A DNA stretch of 51,746 nt from Candidatus Nanopelagicales bacterium (GTDB lineage Bacteria; Actinomycetota; Actinomycetes; S36-B12), in assembly GCA_017857705.1 (NCBI GenBank), contig JAFMCP010000003.1, positions 1 through 51,746 on the forward strand. The letters are read 5' to 3'. A model generated the notes under the pieces. It ran no database searches, was not told the DNA's origin, and was given only the letters and a program-made list of their open reading frames with translations. The translations under genes and the position numbers were made by a program. Of this stretch, positions 20,639 to 29,554 are shown piece by piece (within the stretch, counting starts at the first letter, position 1; every line of letters begins with the position of its first letter).

Positions 20639-21354
20639 GTGCGCAACTTACTGCCAATGACTAGCCATCGAATGTAGATCACAACTGCAAAGAGGGCAAA
20701 AATCCACCATTGAATTGCATAGAAGAAGTTTTGTAACGGAAACGCAACATCTGCTGTAGAAATGGTTGGCGGAATGCTTTCAGGTGAATTGATTCCCATT
20801 GGCGCCTGAGATTGAATAACAACGTACCCCTCAAGCAACCTGGTATTCCACAGTGCTGATAGCTGCTGCGAATCAATGCTCACAATCTCCCTACCCGGGT
20901 CACCTGCGGCATCATAGAAAGAATCACTGGGTTGCAAGACACCCTCAATGCTGACCTTGCCCTCGGGGGTGGCAAACGTTTGCCCTTGCGGCACCCAACC
21001 ACGCACAACGGCAATCGACTGCCCCGATTCAATTTCCAACGCCGACACAATCCAATCCCCTGCAACCGAATCACGCGAGAGCCTATTTCCGATTCGAACT
21101 TGATCGGCGTCAATGTAGGACCCTGTTGCAGTCACGGTTCTCCCGTAGTCCTGCGGGTTCAATGGTTGATCAATTTCACTGACCGGTACGGCTGCCATTG
21201 CGGCAGCTCTCTCAGCATCAAGAATGTCTTGGGTACGGTCCCACTGCCATTTACCGAGAAAAAAGAAAAGGACACACACCACAATCAGTGAAAGCACGGC
21301 CAAAATAGATGCTGGTGTTTTGGCCCGTGTCCAGAAACTACTGCTTGGTGGCAT
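20635..21354 (-). CDS. SURF1 family protein
   Basis: LGKWQWDR, VVRGWVP, and NFFYAIQWWIFA motifs, with a TM segment at each end. Probable start ATG 21354; ATGA overlap with pfkB. Confidence 0.88.
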   Translation of the reverse strand: MPPSSSFWTRAKTPASILAVLSLIVVCVLFFFLGKWQWDRTQDILDAERAAAMAAVPVSEIDQPLNPQDYGRTVTATGSYIDADQVRIGNRLSRDSVAGDWIVSALEIESGQSIAVVRGWVPQGQTFATPEGKVSIEGVLQPSDSFYDAAGDPGREIVSIDSQQLSALWNTRLLEGYVVIQSQAPMGINSPESIPPTISTADVAFPLQNFFYAIQWWIFALFAVVIYIRWLVIGSKLRT

Positions 21355-21577
21355 CAGGATCTTGCTCGGCACTCTCTTCCATCTGCGCAATGGCATTCTT
21401 TTCTTGCTCGACCCGAACTTCACCGCGTCCACGGGGCAGGTCCGGATCGATCCGCTTCATTTGGCGATTCATGTTGAGCCACAACAGGACTAGGGCAATA
21501 CCAACAAGCAACACAAAGAATCCAGCAACGGGGCCGGCACCTGCAATGGTGTCACTGAGGTTAGATTCACTGTCCAT
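21338..21577 (-). CDS. Small single-pass membrane protein (conserved downstream of mca)
   Basis: AGPVAGFFVLLVGIALVLLWLNMNRQMKRI; position matches the small gene that follows mca in actinobacteria. Confidence 0.7.
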   Translation of the reverse strand: MDSESNLSDTIAGAGPVAGFFVLLVGIALVLLWLNMNRQMKRIDPDLPRGRGEVRVEQEKNAIAQMEESAEQDPDATKQ

Positions 21578-21607
21578 AATGAACCACTCTAATCCGTGGC
21601 TGACTTC

Positions 21608-22477
21608 CTAGCGCAGGCCGGCAAAAAGGTCACTCTCAGGCAGTGTCGTGGGCACCAAACTGGAGGCCAATTGAAATTCCTCGGTCGGCCATGCATTTTG
21701 CTGCAACTGGGTTGAGACCAGAAACCAACGTCCATCAGGTTCAATCTGCGTGGCGTGGGCTTTAAGTGCGGCATCCCTGATGGGAAAGTAAGTCGCACAT
21801 TCGATGCTGGTGGTAATTCTTTCCACATCCTCTGGTTTGTCTTCCCAATTTTCCAACCACTCGACATATGGTGATTCGATTTCCTGTTCCAGTAGAAGGT
21901 TGTGCAACGCTAGGACTCGCTCCTTGTGAAACTGCTGGTTGTAATAGACCTTCTGGACCTGGTGCGCTGGTCCCAATTCCTGGTGCAACTGCGGGTCCGC
22001 CGCGGCTGTGATTGCGGCCATGGTGATCACATGGGTTTGGATGTGATCGGGGTGGGGGTAGCCGCCATTTTCGTCGTAGGTCGTTACCACCTGCGGGCGG
22101 AACTCGCGAAGAAGCCTGACAAGCGGTGGGACACTGATCTCAAGCGGGACCAGAGCGAATGCGTCTTCGGGCAATGGCTCCCCCTCAGTGAAACCCGAAT
22201 CCATGAACCCCAGCCATTCATGTCGCACACCAAGAATTCTTGCGGCCTCGGCCATTTCCATTTGACGCACTTCATGTATCCCATGCAGGTCGACTAATTC
22301 TTGCGCTTGCGCGTTAAGGACGTCACCTCGCTCACCGCCAGTACACGAAACCACCATCACCTCTATACCTTCGTCGACGTATTTTGCAGTGGTCGCCGCA
22401 CCCTTACTCGATTCGTCATCGGGGTGGGCATGAATCGCCATTAGTCGCAAAGGTTCACCAGTTGTTGTATTTGGCAC
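21608..22477 (-). CDS. mca: Mycothiol S-conjugate amidase
   Basis: LMAIHAHPDDESSKGAAT, CTGGERG, TYDENGGYPHPDHI, AHATQI, ESDLFAGL. Confidence 0.96.
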   Translation of the reverse strand: MPNTTTGEPLRLMAIHAHPDDESSKGAATTAKYVDEGIEVMVVSCTGGERGDVLNAQAQELVDLHGIHEVRQMEMAEAARILGVRHEWLGFMDSGFTEGEPLPEDAFALVPLEISVPPLVRLLREFRPQVVTTYDENGGYPHPDHIQTHVITMAAITAAADPQLHQELGPAHQVQKVYYNQQFHKERVLALHNLLLEQEIESPYVEWLENWEDKPEDVERITTSIECATYFPIRDAALKAHATQIEPDGRWFLVSTQLQQNAWPTEEFQLASSLVPTTLPESDLFAGLR

Positions 22478-22521
22478 GGAGGCATCCTCTCACCTGTACC
22501 CGTGGGCCTCGTTAGTCTGGG

Positions 22522-23013
22522 ATGGTGTCAAGTCCCTTTCGTAAAGATCAACTCAGCCCAGAAATGCAGGAACGGTACGGGTTTAACCAAAGGAATCATT
22601 TGCGCACAGCTGTGATCGCACTCGTCACAGTAATTTTTGCAGTGGGTGTTGGATTTGCTACATTCTCGATGTCGCAGAAAAGTATTCAATTCAAGCTCCT
22701 GACGTGGAGTGTGGTTAGCCCAGAAAGAACTGATTTACAGTTTGAGGTTCGGCGGATTGGTAGTGACTCACTCGATTGCGTAGTTCGGGCCCAAGACTCC
22801 AAACGCGTGGACGTGGGGTATTCGGTTATTACTATCCCTAGCGGAAACGACCTGGAAGAGGTGAACTACTCCCTGCGAACTCTGGCCCCCGCCTTCGTGG
22901 TCGAGGTTCTCACTTGCGTTAAATCCGGGGAACCGACCCGAGTGCCGGGGCCCCAATTCCCCGCTGGAATCTCTCCACCACCCCAACCCTGGATGCCTGT
23001 TTCCTCAGGGTGA
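22522..23013 (+). CDS. DUF4307 family membrane-anchored protein
   Basis: ERYG before a TM helix, C.VRAQD...VG, and a second Cys. Conserved between mca and greA. The start may be GTG 22525 (TAGTCT-N6). Confidence 0.8.
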   Translation: MVSSPFRKDQLSPEMQERYGFNQRNHLRTAVIALVTVIFAVGVGFATFSMSQKSIQFKLLTWSVVSPERTDLQFEVRRIGSDSLDCVVRAQDSKRVDVGYSVITIPSGNDLEEVNYSLRTLAPAFVVEVLTCVKSGEPTRVPGPQFPAGISPPPQPWMPVSSG

Positions 23014-23063
23014 ATTCAGCGCGCCCGTCCATGGACCGAGGAAAAGTATTAGGGTTTAACGCT

Positions 23064-23546
23064 ATGACCGAAATTACCTGGTTGACCCAAGAGGCTCACG
23101 ACCGTCTCACGGCTGAATATGAAAACCGCCAAGGGCCGATGCGTGGAGAAATTACCAAGAAAATCGAGGCCGCACGTGAAGAAGGTGACCTCAAGGAAAA
23201 CGGTGGCTACCACGCAGCGCGTGAGGAACAGGGGAAAAACGAAGCACGTATCCGTCAATTGCGCCAGTTACTGGAGAACTCACAGATCGGCGTTCCCGAG
23301 GCTGCTGAAGGGGAGGTCAGCCACGGCAAAGTTATCTCGGTCCGCCTTGTTGATTTCGATGAAGTAGAACGCTTCCTTCTCGGCTCACGCGAGGAAGCCG
23401 CGCATGCCTCCATTGATGTCTACTCTCCCACTTCGCCCTTGGGGGCAGCAGTCCTCGGCAAACATGTTGGTGACACAACCAGTTACCAACTTGCCAACGG
23501 AAAAGAAATGGCGGTCGAAATCCTAAGTGTCGAAGATTACGTCTGA
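23064..23546 (+). CDS. greA: Transcription elongation factor GreA
   Basis: TWLTQEA, AAREEGDLKENGGYHAAREEQ, SPTSPLGAAVLG. Confidence 0.97.
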   Translation: MTEITWLTQEAHDRLTAEYENRQGPMRGEITKKIEAAREEGDLKENGGYHAAREEQGKNEARIRQLRQLLENSQIGVPEAAEGEVSHGKVISVRLVDFDEVERFLLGSREEAAHASIDVYSPTSPLGAAVLGKHVGDTTSYQLANGKEMAVEILSVEDYV

Positions 23547-23548
23547 AG

Positions 23549-24433
23549 TTAACGTCGACTAACGCTCCGATATTTTCGGATCGCTAACGGCGCAAAGATT
23601 CCAATCACGACCGTACACGAAATTATCGTGTAAAGAATTGGGTGCTGTAGAGACCAGAATTCGGGGTCGGCCCCCGGTGCGTATCCGGTCGGGTTCCCAA
23701 AAAGTTCACGAGTTGCCAGAACTAATGAGGAAACTGGATTAAACGCAGCAAACGCTTTAAGAACTCCTGGCAGGGAGTCAATTGGCACAAAAGCGTTAGA
23801 CAAGAATGTCAGCGGGAAAATCCAAATCAGACCGGCGGTGTTTGCTGTTTCGGTATTGGGCACAGAAAGACCAACGAATGCGCCCACCCAGGTGACCGTG
23901 TAGGCAAAAAGAAGCAGTAGCAAGTATGCGTAGACGGCGTTGAGGATTCCGTCATTGATTCGCCAACCAACGATATAGCCGGTGATGCTCAAAACAGCGA
24001 GCACCAAAATTTGCCTGAGGGCATTGGCTAATGTGTTACCGATCAAGGCGGCAGACTGCGACATGGGCAAGGCTTTATAGCGATCGATAATTCCTTTTTG
24101 CATTGCCTCAGCTAAGCCAACGGTGCTAGCAGCTGCGGCAAATGCGACTGTTTGACCGAAAATACCGGGCATCAAATACTGACGGTACAGACTCGAATCA
24201 GCGGCACTCCCTGGTTCAGCTCCCGGAATGGGAATTGCCCCACCGAAAACATAGGCAAATAGCAGGACAAAAATGACCGGCTGAATGAGTTGAAAGAAAA
24301 GAGCTTCGGGGATTCGAAAAGACGCCAAAATCGTGCTTCGGGCGATAACAACCGAGTCATGAAATGTCCAACCGAGCAGAGGGCGGGACATTGCTATGGG
24401 TGCTGAAGTGCTCAAGGTTTTTACTTCACTCAT
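23549..24433 (-). CDS. ABC-2 type exporter permease (DrrB-like)
   Basis: LIQPVIF.LLF.YVFGG, Y.QYLMPGI, GIIDRY..LP, FPLTFLSNAFVP, NPVS. ATGA overlap with the ATPase gene. Confidence 0.92.
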   Translation of the reverse strand: MSEVKTLSTSAPIAMSRPLLGWTFHDSVVIARSTILASFRIPEALFFQLIQPVIFVLLFAYVFGGAIPIPGAEPGSAADSSLYRQYLMPGIFGQTVAFAAAASTVGLAEAMQKGIIDRYKALPMSQSAALIGNTLANALRQILVLAVLSITGYIVGWRINDGILNAVYAYLLLLLFAYTVTWVGAFVGLSVPNTETANTAGLIWIFPLTFLSNAFVPIDSLPGVLKAFAAFNPVSSLVLATRELFGNPTGYAPGADPEFWSLQHPILYTIISCTVVIGIFAPLAIRKYRSVSRR

Positions 24434-25425
24434 GATTTATTGCGTCCCCTCTTAGACCGACCCGTTGGGTTCCCAACTGATTCATCTTCAGCACCGTGTC
24501 CCGTCAGTGAAAGGAATACGTCGTCGAGTGTTGGCCTGCGCAATGCTAAGTCAGCGATGGCGATATTTTGTGAATCGAGTAGACGGACGACGTCAACGAG
24601 TACTGTCGAACCACCGGAAACAGGTCCCGAAATCAGACTATCGGTGATCAGTGATTCACCGCCAAAAATAGGGCCTAGAACCACTTGAGCATCCCTTGCG
24701 CGATTAAGGTCCGCAACACTCACCTCGATCCTGTCGCCGCCGATTTGGTCTTTTAGTGCATCAGCGCTTCCATGAGCAATTACGCGACCGTGATCAATCA
24801 CGACAATATCGTCGGCTAGTTTGTCGGCCTCTTCCAAGTACTGAGTTGTCAGCAGCACTGTGGTTCCCTCAGCCACGAGGCTTTCTATTACGCCCCACAG
24901 TCCCAGTCGTGAGCGTGGGTCAAGCCCCGTCGTTGGTTCATCAAGAAATAAAATACTGGGTTTTGCAATCAAACTTGAGGCAAGATCAAGGCGCCTTCGC
25001 ATTCCGCCAGAGTACGTTTTTGCGGGTCTGTCGGCTGCCTCGCTGAGGTCGAACCACTCAAGAAGCTCCTCGGACCGATCTTTCACGTAGGCGGGGGCCA
25101 GGTGGTAAAGATCACCGAACATGCGCAGATTCTCGCGACCTGTTAAAAATTCATCCACTGCCGCGTACTGCCCCGTGAGCCCAATGCTGTGACGGACTTG
25201 ATCCGACTGTTTTTCTACGTTGAAGCCATTGACATAAGCAACGCCTTTTGTGGGCTTGAGCAATGTTGCCAAGATACGTACCGTCGTCGTCTTCCCCGAG
25301 CCATTTGGGCCCAGAAGACCGACTACTTTCCCTCGAGGAACTACGAGGTCGAGTCCATCTAGTGCTGTGACTTCACCAAATTCTTTAACTAGACCTTCAG
25401 CGTGAACCGCATCCTCTTTTGCCAT
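24430..25425 (-). CDS. ABC exporter ATP-binding protein (DrrA-like)
   Basis: Walker A GPNGSGKT, signature YSGGMRRRLDLA, Walker B FLDEPTTGLDP, TTQYLEEA. Start set at ATG 25425. Confidence 0.95.
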   Translation of the reverse strand: MAKEDAVHAEGLVKEFGEVTALDGLDLVVPRGKVVGLLGPNGSGKTTTVRILATLLKPTKGVAYVNGFNVEKQSDQVRHSIGLTGQYAAVDEFLTGRENLRMFGDLYHLAPAYVKDRSEELLEWFDLSEAADRPAKTYSGGMRRRLDLASSLIAKPSILFLDEPTTGLDPRSRLGLWGVIESLVAEGTTVLLTTQYLEEADKLADDIVVIDHGRVIAHGSADALKDQIGGDRIEVSVADLNRARDAQVVLGPIFGGESLITDSLISGPVSGGSTVLVDVVRLLDSQNIAIADLALRRPTLDDVFLSLTGHGAEDESVGNPTGRSKRGRNKS

Positions 25426-25427
25426 GG

Positions 25428-25453
25428 ACGGAACTTTATACCTAGAGTTCCGT
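25428..25453. promoter_or_regulatory. Inverted repeat over the -10 of the ABC exporter operon (candidate operator or hairpin)
   Basis: ACGGAACT-N10-AGTTCCGT overlaps TAAAGT (25438-25433, minus strand) and the ilvA stop codon. Confidence 0.4.
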
Positions 25454-26674
25454 AACGTTAAATCCTTGGCTTGCCAACCCGTGCAGTACCTCTTGGGTGT
25501 GCTCGCGTCCACGCGTCTCGACTTGAACATGAACATCAACTTCGTCAACCCCAAGGGAAGGATCCATTCGGTTGTGATCAACCTCAACAATATTTGCTTG
25601 GGCTTGCTGAACTGCTAGAAGTATTTCGGCAAGCATTCCCGGGGAGTCCAAGATCCGAACTTTTAAGGTCATATAACGACCACTGGCAGCCATTCCGTGT
25701 CGAATAATTCGCAATAGCAGTAGCGAATCAACGTTGCCACCGGAAAGTATTACGGCAACAGGGGCTTCGAATTTCTGCGGCCACGCCATAACCGCCGCAG
25801 TAGCCGCCGCGCCTGCAGGTTCAACCACCATCTTTGCTCTCTCAAGCAGCAGCAATGCGGCACTTGAAAGTTGGTCCTCAGAGACGGTGATAATTTCGTC
25901 GACGTATTGACGCACGATCTCGAATGGAATCTCCCCCGGTATCCCGATAGCGATTCCGTCAGCCATGGTCGACATGCGCTCAAGTTTTTGTGGTGACCCG
26001 GCCTTAAGAGATGCCGGGTAGGCCGCGGCATTTGCTGCCTGCACTCCAACCACGGTGATCTCAGGATTTTGCAACTTGATTGCCATGGCGACACCAGCGA
26101 GCAATCCACCACCGCCGGTGCACACGACTACGGTCCTTACATCAGGGATCTTCTCCAAAATTTCTAGACCAAGCGTTCCCTGCCCGGCAACAATGTCTTC
26201 GTGGTCAAATGGGTGGACCAGGATCGCTCCCGTGCTATTTGCGAATGCGCTCGCATGCACGAGGGCTTCATCAACGTCAGCACCAGCGATTTTGACTTCC
26301 GCTCCGTAACCTTTGGTCGCTTCAACTTTTGGAATAGTTGCGCCAAGTGGCATGTAAACCGTTGCCTTAATTCCTAGCATCCGTGCTGCAAGCGCAACTC
26401 CCTGTGCGTGATTTCCCGCACTGGCGGCAACAACACCACGATCACGTTCCTCTTGGGTCAATTTCGCGAGTCGGTTGTAAGCACCACGAATTTTGAATGA
26501 ACCCGCTCGTTGCAGATTTTCAGGGATTAGGTACACCTGCCCGCCGACACGCTCGGTCAGCCAGCGAGCATTTGCAACCGGAATGTCAGATATCACTCCG
26601 ATAAGTCGTTCCCTTGCCGCTTCTATGTCGAGTAATGTGACTTCGGGCTTGGTTTGATCATTTCCCCTTGACAC
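25442..26674 (-). CDS. ilvA: Threonine ammonia-lyase with C-terminal ACT domain
   Basis: PLP lysine motif ENLQRAGSFKIRGA, ASAGNHAQG, GGGGL, VEPAGA, SGGN. Confidence 0.95.
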   Translation of the reverse strand: MSRGNDQTKPEVTLLDIEAARERLIGVISDIPVANARWLTERVGGQVYLIPENLQRAGSFKIRGAYNRLAKLTQEERDRGVVAASAGNHAQGVALAARMLGIKATVYMPLGATIPKVEATKGYGAEVKIAGADVDEALVHASAFANSTGAILVHPFDHEDIVAGQGTLGLEILEKIPDVRTVVVCTGGGGLLAGVAMAIKLQNPEITVVGVQAANAAAYPASLKAGSPQKLERMSTMADGIAIGIPGEIPFEIVRQYVDEIITVSEDQLSSAALLLLERAKMVVEPAGAAATAAVMAWPQKFEAPVAVILSGGNVDSLLLLRIIRHGMAASGRYMTLKVRILDSPGMLAEILLAVQQAQANIVEVDHNRMDPSLGVDEVDVHVQVETRGREHTQEVLHGLASQGFNVTEL

Positions 26675-26722
26675 TTCCCCATCATGTCATTCAACGTGCG
26701 CCACGCGGGCATTAGCGATAAA

Positions 26723-27523
26723 TCAGTTGGATAATTCCCGTCGACTTCCCGGCAATTGGGTGTCCTCCCTCAGATTGGCTCCTGAGGCTGCCGAGCGTCC
26801 CGCACGTGCTGCCGAGCCTGAATTAGTCATCGCGGCACCGGAGTACCCGCCCCAGCTTCCACGGGCCTGTGAATTCTTGCGGTGAAAGGAGCTCACTTCT
26901 TTCTCCCGGTTGGCCAGAACTAGCGCCCCAGAAACACCACCGGGCTGCGTCGCGTGTGAATCATTTTCGCGGATCGCTTCAGCCCTCCCCTGCTGCAAGC
27001 GTTCACCTATACGAAGAATGAAGGCCCGGTAGAACGCAGCGCGTGCCGTTTGTGCCGTGAATTCAATCCGCCGACGACGATAACCACCTGCGACGCGGAC
27101 CCGACCGTCAAATTGTTCACCTCGCCATGACCCAGCGTTCACGTAGTGATTTCCGTGCGTAGTCATTTGCACTGCCAAAGACGAGAACAAAGTCTCGATG
27201 GAATCCAAGTCACTGGGCATTCCATAACTGATTACGTATGTTGAATCGCGAGCAACATCAACGTGAGCACTATTTGAGTGCGCGACGGTAACGAAGAGAT
27301 TAACTAAATGCGTGTTGGCCCGCTTTCCTTTTTCTCCAATCGTCACCGTTCGACTTACCGGCATCAACGTTTCGGTTGTTCTCGTATGGCTCCGTGCAGT
27401 CGCCAGGTCAATGCTCGCAAGAGTCGCCAACATTTGCGCTTTCGTTAAGTATGCGTCGGCTTCGGCCTGGTTGTCGGTTCGCTCAGCTTTGGCTAGTAGC
27501 GCTGCAATTCGTTCAAGTTTCAT
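26723..27523 (-). CDS. DUF2786 domain-containing protein
   Basis: N-terminal RIAALLAKAE.T...EADAY..KAQ.L, central YG.PSDL..IE.LF.SL.VQ, AFY.AF..RIGERL, and AGRSAA tail. Confidence 0.85.
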   Translation of the reverse strand: MKLERIAALLAKAERTDNQAEADAYLTKAQMLATLASIDLATARSHTRTTETLMPVSRTVTIGEKGKRANTHLVNLFVTVAHSNSAHVDVARDSTYVISYGMPSDLDSIETLFSSLAVQMTTHGNHYVNAGSWRGEQFDGRVRVAGGYRRRRIEFTAQTARAAFYRAFILRIGERLQQGRAEAIRENDSHATQPGGVSGALVLANREKEVSSFHRKNSQARGSWGGYSGAAMTNSGSAARAGRSAASGANLREDTQLPGSRRELSN

Positions 27524-28059
27524 GTCGTCCCTTCGGTCCCGAAGGGTGTCTGGAGTTCCCCGACTTGCACTCCCAGTTCAAGGTACCCCGCGGAAAGCAG
27601 CAGTCGCGCTTGGTCACCAAGCGCGACCTGCACTAGGTACAACATGCATGCCGTAAAGATCGGGCCATGTGCAGCGTCAGGAACCGATGTGAACTTTGAT
27701 GCCAGGTGATGCGCACACTCATGCAGGATCACGGCCTCACGTAATGCCCACCGTGCTGAAGGCCCAGCGACCGGTATCGCGATCACCGAATTTTCGCTTT
27801 CATAATGCGCTTTGGAGCACCCTCTTCGCTCACGTACGTGTGGCGGGATCAAATGAGAATCTATTTGAGTGAAAAGTACCTGGACATAGGTCTTAATTGA
27901 TTCAAGGCTGGCGAATCGCTTCTGCGCCGGAATATCAAGAAGTGAACCAAAGAACTCCACTGCTCCGCCTCGGTTCATCAGGCTGGAGAATTGTTCCTCA
28001 GCGGCATAAACCTTTGACCTTTGCACGTCAATTACTCGTGCTCCCGCGGAATTGGCCAT
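27520..28059 (-). CDS. HEXXH metallohydrolase (TIGR04338-like)
   Basis: D.QRSKVYAAE, VRERRG..KAHYE, WALRE.VILHECAHHL, HGPIF. Start set at ATG 28059; ATGA overlap with DUF2786. Confidence 0.85.
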   Translation of the reverse strand: MANSAGARVIDVQRSKVYAAEEQFSSLMNRGGAVEFFGSLLDIPAQKRFASLESIKTYVQVLFTQIDSHLIPPHVRERRGCSKAHYESENSVIAIPVAGPSARWALREAVILHECAHHLASKFTSVPDAAHGPIFTACMLYLVQVALGDQARLLLSAGYLELGVQVGELQTPFGTEGTT

Positions 28060-28181
28060 ACAGCTATCTTGCCGTGCCATTGGCATATTGCGAAACGGGT
28101 TCTTTGGCCTGGGGATCACCGCGCAAGTAGAGTCGTATCGCCTTCAATGCCAAATCACAGGAATCAAGTCAAAGGAATGAC

Positions 28182-29498
28182 GTGTCTGAAACACCCATGG
28201 TTGGAGAGGAACCCCCCAACCGCTCCTCTCGAACCCGCAGATTTGGGGGTGCGATCAGGCGAACCCCGCTGCTGCACGGTTTACCGAAAGAGGTAGCGGT
28301 CCTGTCAGCTATTGCCTTTTTCGTGGCAATCGGCTTTGGGATCCTAGCTCCCGCTCTCCCCATTTTTGCAAAGACATTTGATGTAACTGCGCTACAAGCC
28401 AGCGCTGTCATTTCGGTGTTTGCCCTAATGCGTTTTATTTTTGCACCAATTGCAGGCGTGCTTGTCGACAGACTCGGTGAACGCCTCATTTTAACTTCCG
28501 GTCTATTCATTGTCGCCATCTCTAGTGCATTAGCGGGTTTCTCACAAACGTACCTGCAACTTGTAGCCTTTCGCGGAATTGGTGGAATTGGCTCATCAAT
28601 GTTCACCGTCTCGGCACTTGCACTTCTTTTACGAGTTGTTGACTCAGGCCAACGTGGGCGGGCTGCCAGTGCGTTTCAAGGCGGTTTCCTCCTCGGTGGC
28701 GTAGCCGGACCAGCTGTTGGCGGGATCGTAGTTGCGATTTCGATCCGAGCACCGTTCTTTGTCTACGCCGCTTCACTTTTTGCCGCTGCTCTGGTGACCC
28801 TCATATTTCTCACTCGGGCACAATTGCATGAAAGAGAAGAGATAGTTTCTCGCGGACAGAGCGATAAATTGCAGGAACTACGTACGGCGCTCCACGACAA
28901 GGCCTACCAGGCAGCGCTGGGGACGAACCTCATTTCCGGATTTGTTTCATTTGGATTGCGCAGTTCAGTCGTGCCACTCTTTGTGGTCGAAGGGTTGCAA
29001 CGCGGGGCATCGTTGTCGGGATTTGGTTTTCTTGCGGCCGCTGCAGTCCAAGCACTTGTCCTACTCCCCGCCGGACGAATGGCCGACACCCAGGGGCGTC
29101 GCAAAGCATTACTTTTCGGCACCATTGCCACAGCAATCGGAATGGTCGTCCTCACTCTGGCCGATGCCGCCGTCAACGGCTTGGGACAAGCTGCGATGCT
29201 GGGGACGATCCTCTTTTTGGTCAGCATGGCCATTCAAGGCTTTGGCGCTGCCTTTCTTGGCTCTGCACCTTCCGCGGTCGTGGGAGACGTTATGGGCGGC
29301 AAAAAAGGCGGAATTGTGGTGGCGACCTTCCAAATGATGAGTGACGTAGGCGCGGTTCTTGGGCCCCTTGCAGCAGGGCTGCTCGTTGACCTGTTCGATT
29401 TCAGCTGGGCCTTCGCCTTCGGGGCGCTGCTGGCTATATTGCCCATTTTCCTCGTGATTCGCATGCCCGAAACCCTCAAACGAACGGGCGTAACGTAG
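28182..29498 (+). CDS. MFS transporter
   Basis: About 12 TM segments, motif A-like G.LVDRLGER and GRMADTQGRR, GGVAGP.VGG. Confidence 0.92.
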   Translation: MSETPMVGEEPPNRSSRTRRFGGAIRRTPLLHGLPKEVAVLSAIAFFVAIGFGILAPALPIFAKTFDVTALQASAVISVFALMRFIFAPIAGVLVDRLGERLILTSGLFIVAISSALAGFSQTYLQLVAFRGIGGIGSSMFTVSALALLLRVVDSGQRGRAASAFQGGFLLGGVAGPAVGGIVVAISIRAPFFVYAASLFAAALVTLIFLTRAQLHEREEIVSRGQSDKLQELRTALHDKAYQAALGTNLISGFVSFGLRSSVVPLFVVEGLQRGASLSGFGFLAAAAVQALVLLPAGRMADTQGRRKALLFGTIATAIGMVVLTLADAAVNGLGQAAMLGTILFLVSMAIQGFGAAFLGSAPSAVVGDVMGGKKGGIVVATFQMMSDVGAVLGPLAAGLLVDLFDFSWAFAFGALLAILPIFLVIRMPETLKRTGVT

Positions 29499-29554
29499 TC
29501 TGTGGAAATTGCCCGACAAATGAACTTTCACTCCCGTAAGGACCTCGACACCAA

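Noticed and set aside
28066-28086. PafBC-like motif upstream of the HEXXH gene (TGCCAATG...CAAGAT) and a TGCCA-N-TGGCA palindrome
   Set aside because: The spacing is 2 nt short of the consensus and the upstream element has mismatches; not counted as evidence.
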